DNA from: Candidatus Bathyarchaeota archaeon
GTDB lineage: Archaea > Thermoproteota > Bathyarchaeia > Bathyarchaeales > Bathycorpusculaceae
Assembly (NCBI GenBank): GCA_963715865.1
Contig: OY970280.1
Location: 192,001 to 256,000 of the forward strand
Length of the DNA: 64,000 nt
Direction: 5' to 3'
Under the pieces are notes generated by a model that saw only the letters and a list, made by a program, of their open reading frames with translations, was not told the DNA's origin and did no database searches. The position numbers and the translations under genes were made by a program. Shown here one piece after another: positions 21,175 through 30,999 of the stretch. The first letter of the stretch is position 1, and each line of letters opens with the position of its first letter.

Positions 21175-21394
21175 TTTTCGTTTGCATGCGGCTGACGACG
21201 CCAATACATTAATTAGAAATTAATTAAAAAAGCTAAAGATAGGAAAACTACACTTTGAAACTGGTGTACCAATTCCGTCAATCCAAAACTGGAGCGCTAT
21301 TCTAAGATTATTATAAGTATTATTACCGTAACAGCTCTGAACCCTATATATGTTAAAAAAATAAATTCAAAGAAAGAGACTATTTTGCTTTAGC

Positions 21395-21904
21395 CTAATT
21401 TTTTCTGTTTTTTCTCTTTCGTCTAAGCTTGTCAACGATGTCAGCTTGTTCGGTAGGGAAGTAGTATGGCACCGTTCCATAGGAACTTGGAGAGACTCTT
21501 CTTGATTTCCTTTTTAGCTTCCTTTTAGCTCGCTTTGCCGCAATACTTTCTTTGATTTTCACTGTCAGAGCGTTTGAAATCAGCTGATTCATTTTTTCCA
21601 CGAGTTTCTCAGCATCTTCTTTACATTCAAGCGGAATGACAATATTCCGGTGATGAGGGAGGCTTACAGTAATTTTTCCGGTCTCGTCTAAATGTACCGA
21701 ATCTATGTCGCTTACGCGAATGTGCAACGGAACAAATATGCCAAGCATCCTACCGATTGTTTCTTTGAGAACTGGTTTATTTTCTAGTGCTTCTTCGATT
21801 TCGTTCTTGAAACTTCCTTTCAAGTCAATTTTTAGGAGATCATCGTAGAGCCTAATTGTGAAATGGGGATTGTCAACTTCCAAAACTATAGTCGTTCTAG
21901 GCAT
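21395..21904 (-). CDS. Hypothetical protein with basic C-terminus
   Basis: 169-aa ORF with plausible coding composition. Confidence 0.6.
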   Translation of the reverse strand: MPRTTIVLEVDNPHFTIRLYDDLLKIDLKGSFKNEIEEALENKPVLKETIGRMLGIFVPLHIRVSDIDSVHLDETGKITVSLPHHRNIVIPLECKEDAEKLVEKMNQLISNALTVKIKESIAAKRAKRKLKRKSRRVSPSSYGTVPYYFPTEQADIVDKLRRKRKNRKN

Positions 21905-22001
21905 TCTATGTCCCTACCTATTAAACATGCTAACAGATGAACATTGAACATTTTATACTTAGCGTGTAAGGCTCTTGCTTTTTGTAGCCAACGGCATTCC
22001 T

Positions 22002-22238
22002 TTAGTGACTTTGCCGATGAGCTATATGGTTGCCAATGACAGCGCAAAAACGAGTATCATCACTACCGCTATACCGAAAGCGTCTATTTTCACCAGCTTT
22101 CAATTTTGCAATGGTCCCCAACGCAGTCATGGCTCCCCAAACCATCCGATTGTTCTTACTTGAAAGAAAAGCGATAAATGTGCCAACATATTGAGCGATA
22201 AGTTCTGTCTTCCTTGATTGTCCCTTATGTTGTTTCAT
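22002..22238 (-). pseudogene. Probable gene fragment (helical-repeat-like segment)
   Basis: FLSSKNNRMVWGAMTALGTIA looks like an internal piece of a HEAT-type protein; flanks look non-coding. Confidence 0.3.
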
Positions 22239-22533
22239 TCTATGTTCTCTTAGCTGTTCAGGGTTTTGAAATTCGGCTTTGCAAATTGTTCTATATGAAG
22301 ACTTGTTGTCTCAGGTAAGCAACCACAAATGTGCTATATTTTAAAAAGTTCTAAAGGTCAACCTTGAATGTTTAACAAAACTAAAATTCCTTATTGGCTA
22401 ATTCGGTTAGCTTTTGCCTCTTTCCATCGGTAGATCACAAAATTCATCATAGAATTACCTTCAGAACCTGAGAAGCATTCATAAACGTAATGCGATAAAG
22501 CGGTAGTTGCAGTTCGTCTTATTTGAATAAAGC

Positions 22534-22911
22534 TCATGTGTTCTCTCTAAAGGTGTAATCGCAATTTGTGCATCTTAGGAATTGGGTGGATGATTCATCG
22601 GCGCCTCTTGTTTGCACTTGCCAGGCGTAAGCGTTGTTGTTTCCACACCTTGGGCACGCGATCTGAATGGTCGGCAAAACACTTAACTGATTTTCTTTGC
22701 TAATCACTGAAACCAACTGCTTGGGGCTATGCTCTATGGTTTTGCCGTTAATTTTTAAACTTCTATTTGTTTCTTTTGTTTTTTGTCCGCATTTACTGCA
22801 TGCGAGCACAAGCATTGCTTGTTCTCCTGACTTGACCTTTTTAGGTACAAGACGGGAACCGCATTTTATACAGAAATCCATTAAACCAACTCCTTTTCCA
22901 GCATAAGACAT
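22534..22911 (-). CDS. tfs: Transcription factor S (TFS/RpoM family)
   Basis: Two Zn ribbons (CIKC/CSKC and CPRC/CTNC) and QTRGADE with the acidic DE pair. Confidence 0.9.
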   Translation of the reverse strand: MSYAGKGVGLMDFCIKCGSRLVPKKVKSGEQAMLVLACSKCGQKTKETNRSLKINGKTIEHSPKQLVSVISKENQLSVLPTIQIACPRCGNNNAYAWQVQTRGADESSTQFLRCTNCDYTFRENT

Positions 22912-23273
22912 ATTGAAAAATAAATAGTCATGTGATTGCGTTAGCGCTATAACAGGAAAATTTTCTTGATGTGCTCAAGCAGAAATAGAAGGTTGATGGC
23001 ACGCCTGCTTGGTCGCGCCATGATTAAGGGTTGAACGCTTGTTTTTCGAGAGGTTGTAAAGCGTGTATGTGAACCCCTAACCGTTTGAATATCAACAAGC
23101 ATGACATAAATAATTTTTCCCAAATCAAGCGGCTATCAACTTCAGCTCATCTTGCATAAGTAAATTACAAATTAACGGCTTGCGATTGAATTATTAAGAG
23201 GCGCAAATCAATCTCTTGCTGGATATCTAAGTCATTATATTCTTTTCTCGCTACAGTTAACAGTTCCATTGCC

Positions 23274-23555
23274 ATGAAAAATTTTGAGGTTGTCAGAGTT
23301 CTCAGGAACATATCGATCTTGTTGGAAATGGATGACGTTCCTTTTAAGCCAAGAGCCTATGAGAAAGCAGCCATATCAATCTCGGCATTGGAAGAAGATG
23401 TCGAAGAAATCTACATGAAAAGCTGCGTTGAAGGGTTTCTGATACAGCAACTTTCAAAGGTTGATTTGAAAGAATTGATATTGAAAGTTAAAGCGAATTA
23501 TAACAAGTACAGAAGCCTCGAAGCTTATGCCGCGCTTGTCACTTGGAAAGGATAG
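23274..23555 (+). pseudogene. DNA polymerase X N-terminal (HhH) fragment fused to unrelated sequence
   Basis: ISILLEMDDVPFKPRAYEKAAISI matches the PolX N-terminus. Similarity ends at about 23421. Confidence 0.7.
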
Positions 23556-23890
23556 GAAGTTCGTTATCGAGTTTTCAGGCTCCTTTTGCTAAGATTGAGT
23601 GGGGGAGATTATTTTGAAGATTGAGGATACTTCTTGACTTTACGCAGTTCTGTGTAGTAAAGAATGAACAAATCTTGATAAAATCGACTCTAAGGCTAAT
23701 CTGAAGACACCCAAGAAACTTATGAATGACAAACTGAATTGAAACGCCCAAGCTTCAAAAGTTGTTTGCTTGGTTAAATAGGTCTATCCGAAACTCAGAA
23801 AGTCTATTCCAGGATTCTTGTGGTTGAAACGGTACAATCACACATGCTTAATAGCATTTTGAAATAATACCACTTGAAGGTACGAACCAA

Positions 23891-24100
23891 ATGAAAGCAA
23901 CCGGTTTAACTGAAAAACAGAGTATCGAACTATGCGACAACGTAGGAAAGATGCTTGTAACGGAACTTGAAGCCGACGTCGTTAAAAACAAGGTCAAAAA
24001 ACTGGTCTTAGACTATGTTAAGAAGAACAAAATAGACGACGACCCTGCGGATCTATCCAACAAGCTTACTTATTCAGTAAAAGTATCCCTAAAGAAATAA
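23891..24100 (+). CDS. Small hypothetical protein
   Basis: 69-aa ORF with a coding-like charge pattern. Confidence 0.55.
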   Translation: MKATGLTEKQSIELCDNVGKMLVTELEADVVKNKVKKLVLDYVKKNKIDDDPADLSNKLTYSVKVSLKK

Positions 24101-24103
24101 AAC

Positions 24104-24325
24104 GCGCTTCTTCCATCGAGTTTTAAGTTGATGTTCCTTTAGGTAGGTAACTTTCCATATCGAGAAGACTTTGAAAGATGGGCAAGAGATACACTTGGAG
24201 ACCCTGTCTTGGCTTTCAGGTTAAGCATCAGAGGAAGAACCACTTTGAGAGGAGAAGCCTTAAGAGAGTTTATTATCAAGCAAGTAAGAGCTCGATTTGA
24301 CGAGTTCAAGGTTAATATTCCTTAA
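24104..24325 (+). pseudogene. Degraded DUF5752-like paralog
   Basis: Frame 24149-24325 reads NFPYREDFERWARDTLGDPVLAFRL..., similar to the 10896 ORF. No start codon; upstream frame disrupted. Confidence 0.5.
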
Positions 24326-24350
24326 CTGATTATTATCTTGATAGAGCTTA

Positions 24351-25607
24351 ATGAGAACTGATATTTTTAGAGAGCAAATGGAAACTCTCTCAGAGCAGCG
24401 ATCTTTTGCTGAAGATTTTGTTCTGCCTGACTATCAAAGGCTTAGTGTTAAGAATATTTTGCCTCAAATTGGAGCAATTTTTGGTATAGGCTCTCTTGGC
24501 TCACTCAGTTTTCCTAGTGATTATTTTGGTGATTTTCAAGACATCGAGAAGGTTGTTTTGCTTATTTTCGATGGGTTGGGGTTCAACCGTTTTCTGCATC
24601 ATATAGAAAGCCATAATGGAACTTTCCTAGAGTTGGCTGAGAAAGGTATTCTTAAGCCTTTGACCACAGTTTTTCCCTCAACTACTTCAACTGTTTTAGC
24701 AAGCATTTTCACCGGTCTATCGCCTGCTCAACATCAAATAATAGGCTATCACATGTTCTCTAAAAAATACGGCTTGGTTTTCGATACTTTAGATATGAGG
24801 CCAGTTTACGGTTACAGTGGCCAAGTTGAATTAGCTAAAGACTACTCAAACAGCGTCAAGCCTTGGCTACCTATTTTAGAGCAAAATGGCGTAAAAACGT
24901 TAGTTGCAACTAAAGCATCTATTGCAGGAAGCGGCTTGTCTCAGGTTATACATAAAGACCTAAAGTTGATACCCTACCTGTTGGGCTCTGACATGTTCAT
25001 GCAATCAAGCAAAGCACTTGAAAAGCAAGGTCCAACTTTGCTTATTATGTACTATAGTGGCGTTGATACTCTTGCGCATAGATATGGACCATACTCAGAA
25101 GAGGTAACTTTTGAATTAACCTCAATAGAACACAATCTAAGGAACTTTGTTAGCAATCTCTCGGAGAAGACAAAGAAGGAAACGTTGATGCTCTTGGCGG
25201 CAGATCATGGAGTAGCGGAAACACGAAAAACGTACTTTCTAAAGGATGTTCATGAAGTGATGGCGCGACTGATGCTGCCTCCGGTTGGGGATAGTAGAGC
25301 AACTTTTCTGTTCTCAAAGCCCTATCAAAGAGATGCGCTCAGTGAAGCTTTCCGAAAGAACGTTGAAGGTTTCAAACTTTTCTCTTCTAATGAATTAATC
25401 GATAAGGATGCTTTCGGACAACCAACAAATCCCGAAGGGCTAAACGAAAAGGTTGGAGACTTTACGGCTTTAGGCATTAAGCACAACGCTTTGCAGTATC
25501 CTTTCTTTGAAGATGATAGAGTTCATCCACAGTTAGGCACGCATGGAGGCATGACAAGCGAAGAAATGATCATTCCCTTTTTATCGGTTAGACTTTCCAA
25601 GCTCTGA
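24351..25607 (+). CDS. Alkaline-phosphatase-superfamily nucleotide pyrophosphatase/phosphodiesterase
   Basis: LLIFDGLG, TVFPSTTS, VDTLAHRYGP, LAADHG and GTHGGMTSEEM motifs. Confidence 0.9.
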   Translation: MRTDIFREQMETLSEQRSFAEDFVLPDYQRLSVKNILPQIGAIFGIGSLGSLSFPSDYFGDFQDIEKVVLLIFDGLGFNRFLHHIESHNGTFLELAEKGILKPLTTVFPSTTSTVLASIFTGLSPAQHQIIGYHMFSKKYGLVFDTLDMRPVYGYSGQVELAKDYSNSVKPWLPILEQNGVKTLVATKASIAGSGLSQVIHKDLKLIPYLLGSDMFMQSSKALEKQGPTLLIMYYSGVDTLAHRYGPYSEEVTFELTSIEHNLRNFVSNLSEKTKKETLMLLAADHGVAETRKTYFLKDVHEVMARLMLPPVGDSRATFLFSKPYQRDALSEAFRKNVEGFKLFSSNELIDKDAFGQPTNPEGLNEKVGDFTALGIKHNALQYPFFEDDRVHPQLGTHGGMTSEEMIIPFLSVRLSKL

Positions 25608-25932
25608 CTTAAGCCAGATTAAATCAGCAGTCCATGCAGGCCTTCCGGCATGAGCGTTTTTTGCGGTAATTGCATTTAAGCTTTTCAGACTGGTTTTCTG
25701 GTTACTATTTCTCTCTGTTGCGGCTCCAGACAGGGCAAACCTAAAGCAGAGAAGACGCTTTCCTCCGTCTCTCCAGCCATTGCAACACAATCTTTTATCA
25801 GTCCTGTACTGCACTTTAGCGTCTACCTTTTTGATAGTGCGTAGCCTGCAAGCCACATGTTATGATCTGCTGATCCCGATGCGTATTAGCTCTTGAATGC
25901 TAAACGTTTGCGTTAAGGGAACGGATTTTTGA

Positions 25933-26283
25933 TTAAAATGGGGTGATTCTGGAACATACCCTTTGTATACCTAAACCCCCAACCGCAGCGATAATTTTTC
26001 CTTTGCTACTTGCTTCTCGTACCATTTCCACCAGGTCTCGATGAACCCGCATACGATCAGGTGCTTGATCGCCGGGAATAATCAGTGCATCGTAATCACC
26101 CAAATTCACCTCATAAGGTGAAACCTCCGAGGTAAATGGCACGCCGTGTTTGCCGATGAACTCCTTCTTCACTTTGGGCGCAACGATGTCCATCTTGTAG
26201 CCTTCTTCTTGAAATCGATAGTACGGGTAAATGAATTCTGAATCTTCTACGCCGTTTTCTACCAAAATCAACATTTTTTTCAT
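25933..26283 (-). pseudogene. PfpI/DJ-1 family protease/glyoxalase, truncated before the catalytic Cys
   Basis: GVEDSEFIYPYYR and YDALIIPG motifs. Ends at KIIAAV (about 25981), where ICHG is expected. Confidence 0.8.
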
Positions 26284-26431
26284 TTGTTCCACCAAATTAA
26301 CAAGAACTTTGCCGATTTCCGCGATAAGGGCTTGTTGGATCCGATTCGGGTCACAAACAGCAACTGGCATAGCATGAAAGGTAGGGATAAATCAGATGTG
26401 GTTCATAATTTATCCTTGTAAGGTTTAGGTT

Positions 26432-27118
26432 ATGACTGCGAAGATCATTGAGGATCCAGCTTACAGAGACCGCGTATCTGTATTTCGGGACAGGTTTCAG
26501 GCTGGCAAGCTTTTGGCCGACAAACTCCGAGAATACACTGGTAACGGAAATGTAATCGTCTTGGCTGTGCCTGCCGGTGGAGTTCCAGTGGGCTATACGG
26601 TTGCGAAGGAACTCGCTGTCCCGATGGATGTGATGGTGGTTAGGAAGGTTCAAATTCCATGGAACACTGAAGCCGGATTCGGCGCAATAACGTGGGATGG
26701 CAAAATTGTCCTAAACGAAGGCCTGGTTGAGCAGTTAGACCTGACAGAAGAAGAGATGGAGACGTCAATCTTGAGGACCAAGAGAAATATTCAAGAGAGG
26801 CTTGGAAAGTTCAGGGGAGACAAACCCATGCCCCACTTAACGGACAAGGTTGTCGTACTCGTTGACGACGGGTTGGCCTCGGGCTTTACTATGCTGGCTG
26901 CCGCGAGATCTGTGAGGGAGAGAGCACCTAAAAAAATAATCGTCGCTGTGCCCACAGCTTCCTTAGGCGCTATCGAACTGCTCGCACCCGAAGTAGATGA
27001 GATCGTGTGCCTCAACATAAGAAGCGGGCCATCATTCGCTGTCGCAAACGCCTACGTGAACTGGTACGACTTAACGGATGAAGATGTCCTAAAGATGCTG
27101 TTAGAAAAGCATAGGTAA
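26432..27118 (+). CDS. Phosphoribosyltransferase-family protein
   Basis: FRDRFQAGKLLA, AVPAGGVPVG and VVLVDDGLASG (PRPP loop). Confidence 0.88.
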   Translation: MTAKIIEDPAYRDRVSVFRDRFQAGKLLADKLREYTGNGNVIVLAVPAGGVPVGYTVAKELAVPMDVMVVRKVQIPWNTEAGFGAITWDGKIVLNEGLVEQLDLTEEEMETSILRTKRNIQERLGKFRGDKPMPHLTDKVVVLVDDGLASGFTMLAAARSVRERAPKKIIVAVPTASLGAIELLAPEVDEIVCLNIRSGPSFAVANAYVNWYDLTDEDVLKMLLEKHR

Positions 27119-27141
27119 AGACTAAATTTTCAAGTTTAGGC

Positions 27142-27181
27142 GAGGGTTCATACCCGTTTCGGGTAAGCCCGGTCCGGTCCA
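27142..27181 (+). repeat. tRNA-Ala-like T-loop/3'-end relic interrupted by a hairpin
   Basis: GAGGGTTCA + TACCCG-TTT-CGGGTA + ...CCGGTCCA. Its start and end match the relic at 3070-3094. Confidence 0.4.
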
Positions 27182-27230
27182 CACTACACTCGCTGAATTT
27201 GAAGCTTGAGAGAAAAGACCACTTGGCAAA

Positions 27231-27265
27231 AATAAGGTTTTGAACCCTTTTGGGTTCAAGGATCT
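27231..27265 (-). repeat. 35-bp perfect inverted repeat, right copy
   Basis: aataaggttttgaacccttttgggttcaaggatct is the reverse complement of 5589-5623. Confidence 0.9.
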
Positions 27266-27345
27266 ATGGGATTTGACCCCCAAAATGGGGTAGGAACCTA
27301 CATCTGAAAAATTGTCCACTTTCAAGAAAACAATGGAAAAAGCTG

Positions 27346-27621
27346 GTGCTTTCGGGGCTTTGGACCAGCATGTGCTTTGCGTATACTGCTCTGCATGCTC
27401 TGAAAGAGGGTTACGAAGTTTACGGATTAATTGATGCTGCGGGAGACTCCACTGTGGATGCGCACAAGTACGGAGTCGAGAGAATGCTGCAGGTAGGAGT
27501 CATACCGATTACTCTTGAGTCGCTCGTTTCGGAATGGATGCATGACTGGAACAATCCAAAAGCAGGCGAACTTGTCAGGGAAGTCTATTCAAAGTACGGC
27601 GCAATGATTGGTCTCCAATGA
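27346..27621 (+). pseudogene. Isochorismatase/YcaC-like hydrolase, C-terminal fragment
   Basis: (KKLVL)SGLWTSMCFAYTALHAL...DAAGDST. The N-terminal half is absent. Confidence 0.75.
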
Positions 27622-28096
27622 TGACCCATGATTCGGTTGCGGAAAACAGGCCTACGTTGTTTAGATTCAAATCTTTCTCAATATTGCATCTCAAGTCCAT
27701 ATCAAGGAATCAAAGCCCAAATTACAACACTATTGAACGCGTTAATATCTCAGGTTACTCACTGATGAAGACCTCAAAAACTCCACATTTCTATGTCTTC
27801 CCAAAAAAGATTGAAAGGAAGGGCCAGTCGTGTCCGAGGGACCAACACTTCTGAATTTAAGTTCACCGTCAAAAAGGCGTCGAATGCTATTTTGGGCCAC
27901 TCCAGAACTGAATGAGTACTATTTCCTCAAACATTCCCTTTTTTGTAATTTGACTTGGGGCCGGTTCTGAACCAAACCTTGAAACAAGCCATAGTCAAAG
28001 AACCCAAAAAACCCCCAAACGGTACAGTTACCTTTTGCGGTCAAAGTTGAATCTTAGAAAATCGGCGCAGCGGGAAAAAGGGAGGCTTGGCGCGAG

Positions 28097-29545
28097 TCAG
28101 AGTTTGAGTCCGGTTGCTACGCGCTTGCCAAACTCTTGGTCAGCTTTTGTAAGGTTTGCCACCATGCGCTGCTGAATCGGCTTGTCCGCCTTGCCCAGAG
28201 AATCAACAATGTTATCAACCAAATGGTCCTGGTCCACTTTGCTCAGAGAACGATAACGTTCACCCGCCTGCTCAAAATCGTTAGTTAGACTTATCCTCCG
28301 ACGCGTCATATCCCCTTCCATGTGCCCTTTAGCCGCGACTATGGCCTGTGCTTCTCTCGGCATTCCGCCGGCCAGAGTGTTGGGTTCATAGTTAACGGTT
28401 CCTCCACCATATGGCGCATACTGCATTGCCCCATCCCGCTGATTGTTGCTAACAGGTATCTGCGGCTGATTAACTGGAAGATGCAAATAATTGGCGCCCA
28501 GTCGGTGCCGCTGGGTATCCGCATAAGAGAAGATCCTGCCCTGCAACAGCTTATCGGCTGAAAAATCGATTCCAGGAACAATAGCGGCGGGACAGAAGGC
28601 AGCCTGCTCCACTTCAGCAAAGTAGTTCTCAGGATTGCGGTCAAGCACCATCATGCCCACTGGCATCAACGGGAACTTATCCTCAGGCCAAGTCTTCGCA
28701 GCATCAAGCGGGTCAAAGGTCTGCTTTAACTCATCAGCCATCTCCATAATCTGAACATGCAATTCAAATTCCACAGTCTTACCAGAGGCTATAGTCTCGT
28801 AAAGGTCCCGGGTCGCGATGTCCGGATCCTCCCCCGCAAGGCGAGTAGCCTCATGGCGGTCAATGGTTTCAATCCCCGCCTTGGGCTTCCAATGATACTT
28901 AACATATACAGTCTTGCCTTCCGCGTTCACCCACTCGTAAGTGTTTACGCCAAATCCTTCCATTTTTCTAAAACTTCTGACGGTTCCTCTGTCCGAAAAG
29001 AGCCAAGTGATCATGTGGGTCGATTCGGGGGATAGTGAGATGAAATCCCAAAAACGACTGTTTGCCGACGAGCTTGTGGGAATGTTCGTGTCGGGGGCCG
29101 GCTTAAAGGCATGTACCATATCTGGGAATTTGATGGCGTCACGGATGAAGAAGACTGGCAGATTGTTTCCGACCAGATCATAGTTCCCGTCTTCGGTGTA
29201 GAATTTTACTGCAAACCCTCTGGGATCGCGGGCTGTGTCGGCAGATCCTCTTGCACCGACAACAGTAGAGAAACGCACAAAAACAGGCGTCTTCTTCTTG
29301 GGGTCTTGAAGGAATTTCGCGCAAGTATACTTTGCCATGCTCTTGAAAACTTGGAAGTAGCCATGGGCACCGGCGCCCTTGGCGTGAACCACGCGCTCGG
29401 GGATGCGTTCGCGGTCGAAGTGAGCGAGTTTCTCAATCAGGTGTACATCTTGCAACAATACGGGTCCGCGTTCACCAACGGTAAGGGAATTCTGGTTGTC
29501 GGAGACTGGGACTCCTTGGTTTGTTGTAAGGTGTTTTTCTTTCAT
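28097..29545 (-). CDS. katE: Monofunctional heme catalase (small-subunit type)
   Basis: RIPERVVHAKG (distal His), VGNNLPVFFIRD and RIFSYADTQRHRLG (proximal Tyr). Confidence 0.96.
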   Translation of the reverse strand: MKEKHLTTNQGVPVSDNQNSLTVGERGPVLLQDVHLIEKLAHFDRERIPERVVHAKGAGAHGYFQVFKSMAKYTCAKFLQDPKKKTPVFVRFSTVVGARGSADTARDPRGFAVKFYTEDGNYDLVGNNLPVFFIRDAIKFPDMVHAFKPAPDTNIPTSSSANSRFWDFISLSPESTHMITWLFSDRGTVRSFRKMEGFGVNTYEWVNAEGKTVYVKYHWKPKAGIETIDRHEATRLAGEDPDIATRDLYETIASGKTVEFELHVQIMEMADELKQTFDPLDAAKTWPEDKFPLMPVGMMVLDRNPENYFAEVEQAAFCPAAIVPGIDFSADKLLQGRIFSYADTQRHRLGANYLHLPVNQPQIPVSNNQRDGAMQYAPYGGGTVNYEPNTLAGGMPREAQAIVAAKGHMEGDMTRRRISLTNDFEQAGERYRSLSKVDQDHLVDNIVDSLGKADKPIQQRMVANLTKADQEFGKRVATGLKL

Positions 29546-29625
29546 AACTCGAAAATCTCCTTTTCCTGAATACAGTGTTTTTGTCCAAAGGTTTATTTAA
29601 GAATTGTTATTATCTAATAATCTGC

Positions 29626-30129
29626 ATGAATGCCTATCAGAAGTCCGATGCTGCGGCGATCGAGGCTTTGCGCAATAAGGGATACAAGGCAACCCCGCAG
29701 AGGATTGCGATTTGCCGAATTGCGCTTCACAGTCGAGAGCATCCCTCCGCCCTGAGCATCTACGATGAAGTCAAGAAAGTGCATCCAACGGTGAGCCTTG
29801 CGACAGTGTACAAGACCCTTCAGGTACTCAGAGATTTAGATTTGGTCCAAGAACTGAATTTCCCTATAGGGCAGGCGAGATTTGATTCCTACATGAAACC
29901 TCACATAAACCTGATTTGCCTGCAATGCGGTAACATAACAGACTTAGACGATCTAACCACAAGAGAAATAGCAAACAGAGTTGCCGCCGCCACCAAATTC
30001 AAGCCGAATGGACAGCGCATAGACGTATATGGAATTTGCCAAAAATGCAGCACCACCCAACTTGAGCCGCCCAATGCTTTGCATCGAGCTAAAAAGACAT
30101 TAAGAATGCAAGAAATGAGCAAAATTTGA
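29626..30129 (+). CDS. Fur/PerR-family regulator, divergent from catalase
   Basis: ATPQRIAI, HPSALSIY, SLATVYKTL, HINLICLQCG and GICQKC motifs. Likely start ATG 29626. Confidence 0.9.
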   Translation: MNAYQKSDAAAIEALRNKGYKATPQRIAICRIALHSREHPSALSIYDEVKKVHPTVSLATVYKTLQVLRDLDLVQELNFPIGQARFDSYMKPHINLICLQCGNITDLDDLTTREIANRVAAATKFKPNGQRIDVYGICQKCSTTQLEPPNALHRAKKTLRMQEMSKI

Positions 30130-30416
30130 GCATAAGTAAGGCCGCTTAGGTTAGAACCCACGTTTGAACCCACGGTGTTAACCATTCAGAGAAGAGTTAT
30201 GACCATTTTAGACCAATTGCCGGACTCTAAGGGTGGTTCTTACCCGACAAGAGACTCCAAAGCAAGCGGAAAATCCCTTTGGCAACTACAAACTATTAGT
30301 CTTGCGTTTAACAACCACTCGAGTCTTGAAACAAAAATGACTTTGTTATTGTCTCGCTACAGCCACATATATTTAAGAAAGCTTGAACCCGCTTATAGAG
30401 TGTTTAGGTGTAAGTC

Positions 30417-30602
30417 ATGAGCAAAAAAGAGCCTCATCAGCCTCACACGTTGGGAGCGCCGTCATCTCAAGAGATACCAGTGAGTGGAATATCACCAAGC
30501 CATATTCCTTGTCCAGACTGCGGCAAAACCTTCAAGACCAACTCGGAGATGGAGAGACACAGAGATACAACGCACCATGAAACAAAAGGACACGAGCTCT
30601 AA
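30417..30602 (+). CDS. Small C2H2 zinc-finger protein
   Basis: CPDCGKTFKTNSEMERHRDTTH is a canonical C2H2 pattern. An AT-rich TATA-like tract (ATATTTAAG) lies about 45 bp upstream. Confidence 0.7.
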   Translation: MSKKEPHQPHTLGAPSSQEIPVSGISPSHIPCPDCGKTFKTNSEMERHRDTTHHETKGHEL

Positions 30603-30837
30603 TCACTAGGTTCAAACCCCACAGAATTTGCTATGTCGAATGAATGCGAGCCACTGAGAACCACATTAAACTCTACTCCAGAGAACTTGGACGTAACTCT
30701 TTGATACGAGACCCCGCTTCTCAAAATAGGCTTTTCAATTTAGGGGCAAACTAGCGCGCCCGACCGTCATGCTAGTTTCAAGAGTGCATGGTCGGCAAAT
30801 CAATCTCGCATACTCGTTTCCGACTATAATTTTTTGC

Positions 30838-30983
30838 GAGGGGTAACTTTTCTTGTCTTTTTTACCCCTCAAACTATTATTTGTTAATTTATGAGGGGTA
30901 ACTTTTCATATGTTTTTTTACCCCTAATAGTATTATTTTAATTAATTTACAGGGGGTAAGTTTTCTATTGTTTCTTACTCCTC
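30838..30983. repeat. Three tandem palindromic units GAGGGGTAA-N15/16-TTACCCCTC, period about 55-58 bp
   Basis: Units at 30838-30870, 30893-30925 and 30951-30983. The AT-rich linkers are similar to each other. Confidence 0.85.
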
Positions 30984-30999
30984 ATACCATTACCTAACC

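Noticed and set aside
27860-27930. Tyrosine-recombinase box II relic (ILGHSRTE...)
   Set aside because: A short match that needs a frameshift, with no other integrase motifs nearby; could be chance.
29111-29569. Antisense/overlapping ORFs (e.g. 29111-29569, 16338-17060, 34726-35310, 52092-52715, 43277-43744)
   Set aside because: Shadow frames of well-supported genes, with no motifs of their own.
30838-30983. CRISPR array
   Set aside because: Only three units; the linkers resemble each other instead of being unique spacers; no cas genes or leader are visible.
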